From Leucoraja ocellata (taxonomy: Eukaryota): a stretch of 64,000 nt of DNA. Positions 40,689 to 53,400 of the stretch are shown here, piece after piece; position 1 is the stretch's first letter, and each line of letters starts with the position of its first letter. Location: NCBI GenBank assembly GCA_036785375.1, contig JAWMAR010000167.1:4712001-4776000 (forward strand), in the 5' to 3' direction. The translations under genes were made by a program, and so were the position numbers. The notes beneath the pieces are model-generated. The model saw nothing but the letters and a program-made list of their open reading frames with translations, was not told the origin of the DNA and did not search any database.

Positions 40689-41687
40689 CTAGAAAGGAAA
40701 ATTATGATTAGTAAAATGATTTATTACACTAACATGCTTGAAAATCAATCTAATGAATTGTTATGTCTGTTGAAGACCAATACTTGCCATAAATAATTCC
40801 TTTCATAAATTAATCTAAACGTGTGGATGATTGGTCTATTCTGCTGAAAGCATAGTTATAGATTTTTCTGGGACTTATTCAATCCTAGCGCAGTGTTAAA
40901 GCATTTGTCCCTGTGAAAGCTCAGAACTAAATTACTGCTTTGTGTTCAGCTGCACAATACACTTTCCTTCAAGTTTAGAAATATATCTTACAGTCTTGCT
41001 TGCTCAACAGTAAAGTACTTCCCATATCTCTGTTCTCAAATGCCAGTCCTGCATCTATTAACACAACTGGACAATGACAGATTCACTTGTTCTAAACGGA
41101 ATTGGATATTTTTCCTACTCAGAAACAGCAAGTGCCTCGTGATTCTGTGGTACTCAATGTGATTACACCTTCTTTACAGTGATTGAGTAACAACGTCAAA
41201 AAGGTTATGTGGAAAGCTCAAGTGACAAAATATTTGGTGATAGAAGTCCAATATAAATAATAGCTTAAAATCTTCAGAACAATTCCACTGATGCAGAATA
41301 TGAAAAAATAGATATGAGAAATCAATGTTTTCCCTATATGAGAGGCAAAAAGGTAAGTGTACAACAATGAAAAACCTATTCCAATTATATTCCACATTAA
41401 TATCACCCCATATTTTACTTAGAGAAAACGTCTGTGATTATTGTTGTATTATTATATTATTGGCCTTGGGTCCAGAACTCCAAAAAAAACAAAAACAACA
41501 AAATTCTCACTCTGATCATGGTCGAACAATGGTAATCGAACAGAAAATTGGATTAACCATGGTCACTCATGCACCCAAGCAGTCTCCTACATGGTTTAAA
41601 AGTCTTTGTGGTGACACAAAAGGGGAAGTAGCTTCATGAAGTACACACGAAGAGAATGAGTAACCATGACAGAATACATCCTTGCCG

Positions 41688-41785
41688 AAGTCTGAAGAAG
41701 GGTTTTGGCCCGAAACATTGCCTATCTCCTTCGCTCCATGGATGCTGCTGCACCCGCTGAGTTTCTCCAGCATTTTTGTGTACCT
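41688..41785 (+). ncRNA. Short Penelope-derived repeat with hammerhead-like core
   Basis: CTGAAGA (41692)-AGGGTTTTGGCCC-GAAAC-ATT, followed by the shared repeat tail gatgctgc...ctgagtttctccagcattt. Confidence 0.5.
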
Positions 41786-41799
41786 GGTGAACATTAATG

Positions 41800-42841
41800 T
41801 AGGTATGTTACAAAACCTACCTGAATCGTGGCTGAGAATCTGTCCCAGCCCCGTGTGTGTGATTTTGGCGCTGTTTAGAGGGGGCGGGTTTAAAACGCGA
41901 TTTTTACTAGGCTGTTGCAATCGAAAATGTTCAGCCTAGTAAATCATTAACGGAAAATCGCTGAAAGACCCCGTCGCAAAAGGTATTATTAGTTTTTATG
42001 GCCTTGTATAATAGTTATAGTAGTTTAAAAATCACTCTCTCAACCCGCGACCTCTCGCAGCCCCAGGGTTTTATAAAGCAAACAATTAAAGGTATGTACC
42101 TTATTTTTACATTAAAAGGGGCTTCTTAAGAACCCTGTATATAAAGTTTTCTATAGCGAGTAGCTCATTTTGGGCCCTTTATATCCCACAGTATTTTTCT
42201 GGGCATTTGAGGGCACAAATCCACTGCAATGTGAACGTTCTAAACCAGCGCGTTCACAGGATCCCACTAGAAAGCCGATTTAAAATGGACTTTAATTTAC
42301 AGTAATTGAACACTAAATTCCTTCCATTTGGCCTATAAATTAATGTAAATGAGATTTAAAAATCATGTTTTATTGTGAATTATTTGTGAATATTATTTGG
42401 ACACTTAGGCTATTTAAAAATGTTAATCATTTATTAAGAAATGGATAGATGTTTAGATCTAGTAATTGAAGTTTGAAATTAGCTACAATTGGGTAACTAA
42501 CTAATTATATGCTTTAATTTCAGGTCATCCAAGTAAGATTATTTTATATTTGTTTCAGAATGGTTCAATCTATGATAACTGAAAATTTAATTCAGTTCTC
42601 TTAATTTTTAAGAAGGTTATGGGCTTTTGACTGTCCATGATCACAGCTTTTTTGTTATGTCCATAGAAAATCAATAGGGAACAAGATGCTAATTTCCGAG
42701 TATGAAAATGGCCATAACTTTTTTATTACTTGAGATATGAAGGTGAATTAGGTGTCAAATTAAACTTATTGTTATGCTTTATCTGATGGGATAAATTGCA
42801 GACTTGATTTTTTTTAATCTCAAAATTTTGTAACATTGCTA
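41800..42841. mobile_element. ~1.04-kb non-autonomous DNA transposon (hAT-like or unclassified)
   Basis: Imperfect 16-bp TIRs TAGgtATGTTACAAAA and TTTTGTAACATtgCTA, flanked by the exact direct repeat ATTAATG (41793-41799, 42842-42848). Confidence 0.75.
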
Positions 42842-43631
42842 ATTAATGTGTTGGGGATTGCATGCACACATCCTTTCATCACTTTATATTGGATTATCCT
42901 TCCCAGGCTCATAATTTTTTTCTCTGAGCACAGATCCTTTGCCCTGTACAGTTTTATATCTGCAACATGTCCCAAATGTTACTTTCTCCAGTGGCTGACA
43001 GATCTGCTGACACTTATGATCTTGGTCCAGGGTGGAAGTGCAAGGCCTGCACCTCAAATTGACACAGAATTGAATGATGAGGGATATAAAGGTCGATGGA
43101 AGGCAGGGTAAAGTCCCCGAATTTATCCACAACTGAATCATTGAAGAAACATTCATATATTGGTATCTAAAAATTACAGACCATTTCAACCCATTTTGGT
43201 TCACACTTTAGGGTAACTTTATAAAATACATCTCCAACCTCATTTGATACCGTGCCCATTATATCACATATGCATTCTTCTACTACTGTGGTGGCAACAA
43301 AAACAATTTTTATTTTTACTATTTACACTTTTGAATGATGTACCTTATCACCACTGTCACACCTCTGAATGGAAAATAGTGATATTTACAATGCAAAAAA
43401 AATGGTACAGAAAGATGCTCGATTTTATGCTTTAATGAACATTAGAGTCACGGTTTGCCATTTAACCCAGGCCAGTTTTTTTTTAAATTTTCTGCAGATT
43501 GAAGATTGTTGGCCGCATGTTAATATGCTGCATTCCTCGTCTTCCACTACTTAACACTTTTTTTTGGGGGGGGGGGGGGGGGGGGAAGACACAGCTGCCT
43601 ATTATGAAGAAATGTAAATTATTTCTCTTAC

Positions 43632-43741
43632 AGGTTTTCCATGACGTCTCCCTGTCGTCTCGCATACGGGCTCCTCTGAAGTTCCACTATCTCACTGTGC
43701 AGACCCATAATTTGTTCTTCCAAATGACCAATTTCAGCAGC
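43632..43741 (-). CDS. CHUK: CHUK exon 15 equivalent (110 bp)
   Basis: tttaag|...|gtaaga; AAEIGHLEEQIMGLHSEIVELQRSPYARRQGDVMEN(L). Confidence 0.95.
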
Positions 43742-44804
43742 CTTAAAATGTCAAAACAAAGATTCCTTAAATGAAGCCAACTGTCTATGTTATTACAGTA
43801 ACTGTCAGGTATGAAGAAACAATAATAATTAAATAATTGGATTATTCATTGCACAGCTATGTACACACAGAATAACTGATGGGTAGTGAGAGGATTCCTG
43901 CAGAAGAGTACACTGATACATGAAAACACTTCATCCGTAGTCCATTAGGGTTGAGGATGAATTATTGTACTGTCAATAACCATTTCAGTTGGTTCCAAGT
44001 TGCCTGATGAAACCACAGTAGAATCCATCTGTATTGGGGAGGTGCTTGACTAGTGAATTCCTTCCACCTTTTTACTGCTTAGCTAAAATGCAGATAATAG
44101 TGGAAGTATTCCACACATTAGGAGCATCATTGTAGAGCAAAGCAGAGTCAATGTAGCTCACTATGCTGCATGGGCTGGAGATAGGGGTAGAGGTGTCACC
44201 AGAACAAAACCAGGGCTAGCCTTCCTGTGTTCAAGAAGGAACTGCAGATGCTGGAAAATCGAAGGTACACAAAAATGCTGGAGAAACTCAGCAGGTGCAG
44301 CAGCATCTATGGAGCGAAGGAAATAGGTAACGTTTTGGGCCGAATCCCTTCACAACCCTAGCCTTCCTGCTCTGCTTTTAACAACTCATACATTCTTTTG
44401 TCTATGTTCTCACTCTGTAACTGCTCTCATTCACTCATTAATCTTCTTTACAGCAGATCGCCGTTGTCATCCCACTTTAACTCCACTCGCAACATCACCC
44501 TTCCCCACTCTGCATCATAACAAGCTTTTCTCTCCTTCTCAGGTCTGACGAAAGGTCATCAACTTGAGAATATGCTTTTCTTTGGCGACACTGATATGAC
44601 ACCGTAAAAATTGCCAAGTGGGACAGGCCCTTAAAGCTTCAATGCTGGGGATGCTGCCTTGGGAGAAGCTATCAATGCTGATTTGCTTTTCCTGCCTGTG
44701 AATTTGAACGATTTTTGCAGAGAGGGAGTTGGTAACACCTCACAGCTTACACCTACACAATAGAGTTAACTTACAGTGGCCAAGTAACCTACCAACCAGC
44801 ACAT

Positions 44805-45045
44805 TAGTGCAAATGGCATGTTGCCCTTCATTGCGAGAGAATTTGAGATTAAGAGCAAGGAGGTCCTACTGCAGTTGTACAGGGCCCTGGTCAGACTGCA
44901 CCTGGAGTATTGTGTGCAATTTTGGGCTCCTAATTTGAGGAAGGACATTATTGATATTGAGGGAGTGCAGCGTAGGTTCACCAGGTTAATTCCCGGGATG
45001 GCGGGACTGACATACGATTAAAGAATGGGTCGTTTGGGCTTTTAT
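44805..45045 (+). mobile_element. CR1-type LINE ORF2 fragment
   Basis: [50 protein letters not shown]. Confidence 0.9.
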
Positions 45046-45534
45046 TTGAGAACTCGACGAGACATGGGGCATTTATTGTGCTGTACAAGATCATATTCCG
45101 TAATTATAAACTGTAGTCGAATAAAATTAACTTTCTGATCTTTCTTGGTGACAAACCCAAGTTTCTCAGCATACCAAAGACTATTGAGCAAAATAAAAAA
45201 TCAAATGCTGAAGGAACTCAATGAGTCTGACAGAATCCCTGGTGGGAACGTACAGGTGATGTTTCAAGTCAGGACACTTCCTAACCTGACGAATCAGTCT
45301 GAAGAAGAATCCCAAACAGAAAGTTCACTCCATTCCCTCCACAGATGCAGCCTGACCTGCTGAGTTCCTTCAGCAATTTTTGTTGTTGCACAATGTTCCA
45401 GCATCTGCAGTTTCTTGTATCATCAATGACTCTTTCTTAGCAGTGTCAACTATTACCTGTATGGTACTAACATTTATTTAGTACTAAAATACAATTTCAC
45501 TGTCAAACACCATTAAAACCTTTAACTTATTTAC

Positions 45535-45596
45535 CTGCTTACAAGCCTCTGCCTTCTCTTCCATTTCCTTCCATGCTTTTAACATCTTCTCAGAAG
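45535..45596 (-). CDS. CHUK: CHUK exon 14 equivalent (62 bp)
   Basis: ttttag|...|gtaaat; (S)SEKMLKAWKEMEEKAEACKQ. Confidence 0.96.
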
Positions 45597-46473
45597 CTAA
45601 AAATAGAAATATACAATCTCAATCAAAATTTAGAAGTAACTCAGCAATGAATAGCATACTGTTCCTTAACATTCACAACCATCTCCTGAAAATATAAACA
45701 AAAGGAAATCATATTGTAAGAACTGGAATAAATACATGTAGATTGAGTCTGAATATGTGATAACTTATGGGCAACATCTACCCAATGTTAAAATAAATCA
45801 CACATTGGCAACTTTCATTCAACAATATGAAGTTTGGGACCTGGGATATCAGGGCCCTCACAGGCAATCGCCCAGTGAAATAACTAAATCGTGTTCTGTT
45901 GTCATAGCTTGGGAACAATAAAGTAAATCTTAATTAAAGATCAGATAAAATAAAGAAGTCACAACAGGTTTAGGAATAGAAAATTATCCAGTGTTTCTGC
46001 TCCCACTCTCTAGCCCAAGATCCAATACAGATGTGCATTTGGACACTATTTCTCTTTCCCAAAAAAAGTATTGCTCTTCAATTCACACTCTCCATTTTGC
46101 TGTGCAAACTATTTCACAGTTTCTCTGTCCTCTTTTCATATTGAAACTTACAATTGTATTCATATTTTTTCTCCAATCTACCGACCAACTTTTTTGGCCA
46201 ATTTTGTTATTCTATTTTAGTATTTACCAAAGTCAATCTTTAACAGGAATTTGAACTTGCAATGATCCGACTCAGATAAGTTCAAATTCCTGTTTAGACT
46301 TGAGCACCAGTTCAGTACCAAGAGGAAGATGCCCTGTTGTGGATTCTCTCAGGTGGCGTTTTTCACAAGGAGCCACCTAACCTTTCTGGTTGGCATTGGA
46401 AAAAGAAAACACACAATTCTGCCCAATGCTTTGAGCAATATTTATTTTCAATCAACCCTACAAAAACAACTTA

Positions 46474-46890
46474 AGGGCCTGCCCCACTTAGGCTATTTTT
46501 CAGGCGACTACAGGCGACTAGGCTGTCGCCACATGGTCGCCGGGTTGTTGCCTGTATGGTCGTGAGTAGTCTCCTCAGTCGCCCAAAGAGTCGTAGCGTC
46601 TTTCTGGTCACTGCTGGACTTTCAACATGTTGAAACATTTTCGGAGACAGTTGGTTTGACGCCAATGAGCGTAGCTTGACTTCTCCTGACGTAGGTGCTG
46701 TCATAGCTGTCGCCAGGTTAACGTAGGTTGTCGCCGGTGCTGACTTTGTTTTTTTTGTTGTTGTTAAAGTAATGATTCTATTTCAAATTTTATGTCGAAA
46801 GGGGGTCCAATCGCCGTTTTTTCAGCGACCTGCTATGACTATGGCAGTCTCCGGCAGTCGCCTAAAAATAGCCTAAGTGGGACAGGCCCA
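46474..46890. mobile_element. PIF/Harbinger-type MITE (417 bp)
   Basis: ~33-bp TIRs AGGGCCTGcCCCACTTAGGCTATTTTT(c)AGGCGA and TCGCCTAAAAATAGCCTAAGTGGGACAGGCCCA; TTA target duplication at 46471-46473 and 46891-46893. A lone related end lies at ~44580-44634. Confidence 0.88.
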
Positions 46891-47739
46891 TTAGTTGCCA
46901 ACTATTACAATATAACCTTTGCAGGAGTTTGCTGTGCATTGATCTGTCTCTCTGTGTTTCTTCCAATATGACTGCAATTTTCTTCATTAATACATTGATG
47001 TGAATGTTTGTGAGAAATAGCCAAGAAAGGTACTAGAAAATAAAAAAATCTTTTATCTAGTATGAACATCTGCAAGCACCATCTTTTTTTCAACACAGCA
47101 AAGTTAAAACATAACAATGTAACAAATAAAGGTTCCATCTTTTAAAGCCATTTATCTTTATTCTGGCATTTAAGAGATGGTGATAATCCAGGTTTACTAT
47201 GTAAAAAATAAAGTTAGATTAGCTGAAAGCATCAGATTTACTTTAGTTATGAAGGTATTTGGCAAATTCTCAAACCATTGGGTCGTTTGGTTCTTTCCAC
47301 TGCACTTGATCTTCGATGTGGAGTTTGTTTAAGTAATGCTGTGCATGAATAGCTATAAATTTATTGCAGTATAAATTTGTAGCAGCATTTGAGGGATTGG
47401 CTCAAAAAATAACTGTGCTCTGGCAACTCTCACAGAGTTTCAAAGAGCATTTTAATTTGACAGTGAATTCCTCCTAAAGGGGAATAAATGACAGGTATTC
47501 AAAGGGTGCATCTCTCAGCCAGATAGAAATAATGATGCTGATGGTATTAGTCAAAAGCTGGCAGTAGAAACTAATATTGGAAAAACAATGTTATTATTGA
47601 CCTGTGCACTGTAAGTATATGAACTAAAAAAGATATTTATCAATGAACTATTCCAAAAAATTCCTGTTATATATAAAAGACAGAGCTTGTTTGATTTATT
47701 TTTATTAGATATTAGTTCGAGTTTTGTGTTTTTATAAAC

Positions 47740-49480
47740 AGGTCAGAATTATGGACCATCAATCCAGGTACACGAGTTTGAGGAAGGTCACTGTTTTTAA
47801 GTCTGTCTTTGATATAATCCTTGTATTAGTTTCTTGAACATCTCTCCTTCTGGTGGTCATGTGAAAGGCCTATGTAAAGGAGCTGTAAAGGAGCATATGG
47901 AAACTGTCCGAATGGATTACATGGTCTGTCCAGTGGAACTGAAGCCCGTCCCACTTACGTGTCCTTGGCACGCTAATTACGCGACGTCGTGGTCATGTTG
48001 AGGCGCGACGGTCCAACGAAGGTCTAGCGCGACTTCATGCGCCCGCACAGCCGTCTGGAGCGCGTGACGTCATTTGAAGATGGACACAAAATGCTGGAGT
48101 AACTCAGCAGGACTGGCAGCATCTCTGGAGAGATGCAATGGGCGATGTTTCGGGTCGAGACTCTTCTTCAGTACCGTGCACAACTCCATACCCCTCCGTG
48201 GTTCTCAGTGAGACCGGCCCCGCGCGGCCACACGATGCCCGTGCACCTCAACGCGACACCGAGGTCGCGTAATTTGCATGCCGAGGACACGTAAGTGGGA
48301 CTGTGCTTTGAGCCCTCAGGATCATGGCCTCATTGCTGATCAGGCTGCCTGATCACCCTCCCGTGCCATTTGATGCCCAGTAGTGATCTCATGTGGAAAC
48401 GGTTTGAAATATTTCTTCTTGTAAAGTGTTCATGTCTCACAGCTGTCCAACCGTTTTGTACACCTTTAGTTTCTGTGGTTCTTCACACAAGAATGCAGAG
48501 CGACTGATTGCCCTTGCTAGCTTCCACACCAGTCTTACTGTCTCCGACTACATTCTATCTCTGTTCCGCCCACTCCCCTGACATCAGTCTGAAAAAGGAT
48601 CTCGACCCGAAAAGTCACCCTATTCTTTCTCTCCAGAGATGTTGCCTGTCCCACTGAGTTACTCCAGCATTTTGTGTCTACCTTTGATTTAAACCAGCAT
48701 CTGCAGTTCCTTCCGACACATCAAAAGAGATGAATGTTTCCAGGTACTTAAAGTAATTGCCCTCTTCAGCTCATTGCCATTGATGCTTGTGCTGAAAAGA
48801 TAGACTGTGGACCCTGGAACAGGTTGGTGCCAGACGGACCTTGCTTGTTGAGACTGATTGTAGGATGAAGAATCACAAAGCTTTGATAAACTTGTCAATG
48901 AATTGAAGGTCAAACTCTAAATATGCCCTAAGGGCACAGTCATCAGCAACAGTGTCTCTGAGGTCAGTATCTCACTGTTGTCGTCCTTGCCTTCAGTCTC
49001 CAGAGAGCCATACAGTCTACTAGTCAAGTACACCTCTTCTTCAAAGTCGCTGAGCACATAGTTAAGGACACATGTGAAAAACAGGTTGGACAGGCCTGGA
49101 ACAAGCACACAGCTCAGTTTCACACTACTTTTAATATTACATTGTACTGAAGTGTCACTGCTGGAGAGGATCAGCCCCACCTTGTCTCGACATGCAAGAG
49201 GTGAATGATCAGAAGTTCTTGTTACAATTGGCTTATTGGCTGTTACACTGGAAGCAAACTTGGGCTCCTGGTCAATAGATGGAAGATCACAATCAAAGGC
49301 TTCCAATCAACTAACCTTTGTTTTTCTTCAAACGTATCATGAACAGTGAGCAGGGCAAAACTATGGTTAGATTCACACAAATGTTGTACTTTGATTAGGG
49401 CTTTTGATCCTGTAGGATAGTTGTTACCCAATTGGACACATGCAAACAAAGCCTTAATTAAAATAAGCTTGGATTTCTGA
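47740..49480 (-). mobile_element. Decayed RTE-clade LINE (RT and C-terminal region), interrupted by later insertions
   Basis: SSVKLSCVLVPGLSNLFFTCVL...EVYLTSRLYGSL matches the RTE pattern GVKQGCVLAP.LFNLFF...GVYL.YR.DGSL; SNEAMILRAQ/FHWTDHVI matches RTE IEAMI...QLRW.GHV. Boundaries approximate. Confidence 0.8.
47943..48308. mobile_element. PIF/Harbinger-type MITE (366 bp) with long TIRs and an internal hammerhead-type repeat
   Basis: ~70-bp imperfect TIRs (gtcccacttacgtgtcct.ggca.gc.aattacgcgac...). TGA duplicated at 47940-47942 and 48309-48311; removing the element restores the RTE frame LRAQFHW. Confidence 0.85.
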
Positions 49481-50156
49481 GGTGTCTTTAGTTTTAAGGA
49501 TTTCAGACATGAATGGGGGCAGGTTCACTGTTTGCAAAGGTGGAGGTGTAAAAAGTTTCATTTTATGTTAATGATTGACAAAGAGGAGGAAAAGCAACTA
49601 CAATGGAAGTCAACTTGGGCCTCAGAAGGGAAATGCAGTCGTCAGTGATTTTAATGGAAGTAGGTTCAAGAGAGAGATTCACGGAAAAAAAACACTAAGC
49701 TCTGCTGCTGCAATTTAAATTCTATTTGCTTAAATGATTCTAATTGTACATCAGGAAAGAAATGCTCCACTTTGTCATCTTGTTGTCACAATGCTTTTGC
49801 TTGTGATAGAACGATGCTCACCAGGGATCGATGACAAATTAGTTTTTTTCCAGTCGCGTCATTCCCACAGACCAATCATTATACTCACAAACAGCAAGCA
49901 GGTGTTTCAAAAGAAACATAGTTGACTGTGAGCTGCACAAATTCATGAATTTCCAGTTTCTACCAGCAGTCCCATCAATCAAACAAGGACCAGTTAGGCT
50001 AGTCGCACAACTAATTGCAGAGTATAAAATTGCCACAGAATAACATGAAAAGAAAGGACATTAGATCACTTGCTGCCAATGTAATTAACAATAGATCCAT
50101 CAATAAACACAAGATCACAACACATTCAGAAAGAATTTAATAAAGTGGACACTTAC

Positions 50157-50308
50157 ATATTCCATATGCCATTTGCTCACTGTACTTTTCCAGATCAAGC
50201 TTAATGCTGGACTGAAAGAAATCCAACCTAGCCTTCAACTGCTGAGAATTAGAAAACATGGTTGTTTTCATTTTTGTAAGGTTATTGTTATAACGCAGCA
50301 GACTCAAC
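50157..50308 (-). CDS. CHUK: CHUK exon 13 equivalent (152 bp)
   Basis: ttccag|...|gtaagt; (M)[50 protein letters not shown], leucine-zipper/SDD region. Confidence 0.97.
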
Positions 50309-50968
50309 CTGGAAATAAATCACAATCAAAAAAATAAAATTCCATGGAACATCTAAAAACAAAACCTTAGCATTAATTAACACAACAAAAAAAAATATTG
50401 ACAGGGAGGCGACTGGCCAGTAAGGATATAAATCAGTCAACATTAGGCAAGGCACAACATTGGGGTAGAATATTCTATCATTGAAAAAAAAAGATAATTT
50501 TATACGAAATATTTCAAAAAAAATGAACAGATTTTTAAATTTTTGTTTTGCTCTCAACATAATTTGATTAACATTTTTGTTTCACTTGGAAAGATTGTAG
50601 CTCCCCAGAGAATGCTAAATGAGTATCCTACAGGGACAGGAAAGACAGGAACCTTTTTTAAAATATGCTCATAATTGAACATAAATCAACATAGTCTCAT
50701 TCTTCCACATAGTAAATTGTTTTAGGAAATTCTACTTAAAAAAAAATTCTTAATTTTCCTTTTCTTCTATTATTTTCATGTCTTTGAATTTTTCTTCCTG
50801 AAATGTTTTTCACCTCTTGGATTCTTGGATCTTATTTGAGATCTTAATCCATGACTTTATAATTTGTGAGTGAGTACATAGAGAGGCAAACATAAATTTA
50901 AGTCTTTCTTCATATAATTATTTATCGGTGGTGTATAACATCAGCTCTACGGTGCAGAAATGACTTAC

Positions 50969-51092
50969 ATTGCAGCTCTCTGGCCCTGGAACAATCTGCT
51001 GTAGTCCTCCTTTAATCCACAGACATAATTCACAGCTTCTCCCCACACCTTCCTCAGCTGAGCATTAGGCAACATTATCTTAGCATCCCGTA
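50969..51092 (-). CDS. CHUK: CHUK exon 12 equivalent (124 bp)
   Basis: ttatag|...|gtaagt; (V)RDAKIMLPNAQLRKVWGEAVNYVCGLKEDYSRLFQGQRAA(M); LKEDYSRLFQGQ is IKK-alpha-type. Confidence 0.97.
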
Positions 51093-51667
51093 CTATAAGA
51101 AAACATTACAATGAAGTTAAATGCAGCATTTCAGAATTTTAATTTTGACACCAAAACCTACAAATCATTAAAAGATGCTTTTATTCAGCTTAATTAATTT
51201 ACATAATGTGATTTCAGTCCCAATGTATCTGATCAATTTGAAGATTATGAAATTTACAAAAAATGAAGCTCACCACTCGCACCTTTTTCAAACTATTTAA
51301 CTGCATTTGAACAGTTTTACATCCTTACAATTCCGATTCTGAATAAAATATTTTTCTGAATATTTGTTTCATATATACGTCTAACTAAATTTGAGTTCTC
51401 CAATAGAAACATTCTCAATTTACGCAAGATCAACCTTGTTGCATATCTTTACAAATATTATTCATACTTTGGTGATGTTTCTAATTTGAACAATAAAATG
51501 CAAGTTGTTTGTGTCACCCCTCCATTGTATTTTGTTTCTTGATTGCCTTGTCCAGATGGTTACATCTACAGTAACTCATATAAATCACTTTTAAATCTTC
51601 AGACTCTAGACTGAATTAATTTCATTTAATTATACACTCGCAAATCTACTTATATCACAGAACATTA

Positions 51668-53400
51668 GGGGCGGCACAGTGGCGCAGCAGTAGAGCTACT
51701 GCCTTACAGCGCTAGAGTTCATGGTTCGATCCTGACCATGGGTGCTGTCCGCATGGTGTTTGTAGGTTCTCCCTAAGACAGCGTGGGTTTTAGAAACATA
51801 GAAAATAGGTGCAGGAGTAGGCCATTCAGCCCTTCAAACCAGCACTGCCATTCAATATGATCATGGCTGATCATCCAAAATCAGTACCCCGTTCCTGCTT
51901 TCTCCCCATCTCCCTTGTATGTTTTATTAAGATCACTTTTAGTTCTAAACCCCAAAGAGTACAGAGCCAACTGGAAGGATAGTATAGCAATAACATTGCA
52001 TTCTCAATTCAATCCTGACCTTTAGTGCAGTCTGTCAGGAGTCTGCACATTCTCCGTGTGTCTACATTGGTTTCCTTCAATTACTATACAAGTACTTAGC
52101 ATCAGTATTCACACTGTAGAGGGATAAGGACTGTGTGATCAGTGTGGGTATATTAATATGATAGCACATTTGGGGATTAAGAAAGAACTGCTGAGTCTCT
52201 AAAAGAGTATTAAAGTGGAAAAGTGCCCAGTGATTTAAATGTCTCAATAGCGTCTTGTACAATTTCAGTAATGCTTCCCCTGCTTTTATACTCCAGTCCC
52301 TTTGAAATAAAATCATCATTGGTCCCATTGGCCTTCCAGATTATCTGCTACAGCTATATGCTATTGGTATGTGTTTCATGTACAAGGACCTCAAAATCCT
52401 TTAATGCTGCAGCTTTCTTTAGTCTTGCCCTATTTACCTAATAACCTGTTTTGTTAGTCTTCCTTGCTAACTTTTCATTTACTCAACCCATCAACATCTC
52501 TCTGTAAAATCTCACATCATAACTTGCCTTTCCTCTTCATTTATATAATCTGCTAGTGCAGCTACAGTATATTTGCTTCCTATCTCGAAATTCCCAATAT
52601 CTATTTTAAACAGCCGGTATCCCAGTACTGATCCTTGTGGTAATGAACAGCTTAAAGGTCGCCAAACTGAAAATGATCCTCTTATCTTGTCTCGCTGTTA
52701 CCTGTTAGACAGCCATATATTAGATCCAACACCACTTGTTCTTGTAAAGTAACCATTTGTGTGGCAGCTTGTTAGATGCCTTTTTGAAAATCCAACTATA
52801 TCACATCGACCAGTTGCCCTCTCCCCACTGGCTGATACTTTGTCAAAAAACTCTCATAGGTTTGTCAATATTTCCCTTTCATGAAGCCACGCTGACTCTG
52901 CATAATCACATTATGACTTTACAGAATATTCTGTTGATGCCTCCTTAATAATTGATATCTACTTGTAATAATGAATATTAATTAAACCAGCTGACACAAT
53001 CATAAACACTTAACCTCACATTTAAAATTTAAAAAAAAAATCACAGCACCTCTCCAGAATTAAAGGGTTGTTGGAAGATTACAAACAATGCATCTACTAT
53101 ATCTGTAGCCATTTGTTTTTAGGATTCTAGGATACAGACCAGGATTCTCATGCAGCATTAGTTTCTTTGAGTTTGCCTAGTACAAAATCTCTAATCACAG
53201 TGATGCTACTTAATTCCTTCCCTTTATTTTTTCAGTATTAATGGGAAGGTCCGAGTATTTCCTACTGTGAAGACTGATGTAAAAACCTGTTTCTATTTTT
53301 TTTTTTAATACATTTTCCTTAATTCTCAGCCTCATGTTCACTTAAACATCTCTCCTTTTTATGTCCTTAAAAAAGGTTTAGTTGGAACAAGTGTTTCTAG
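51668..53400. mobile_element. Repeat cluster: SINE head (+), CR1 tail (-), long decayed CR1 RT fragment (-)
   Basis: gggcggcacagtggcgcagcagtagag head at 51668; ALLKLYKTLLRHL remnant ~52230-52290; YSWIF/QKAS-like RT remnant ~52770-52800. Boundaries approximate. Confidence 0.65.

Noticed and set aside
51668-51745. tRNA-like sequence (also at other SINE heads)
   Set aside because: A/B-box heads continue into the V-SINE body and do not form a complete cloverleaf.
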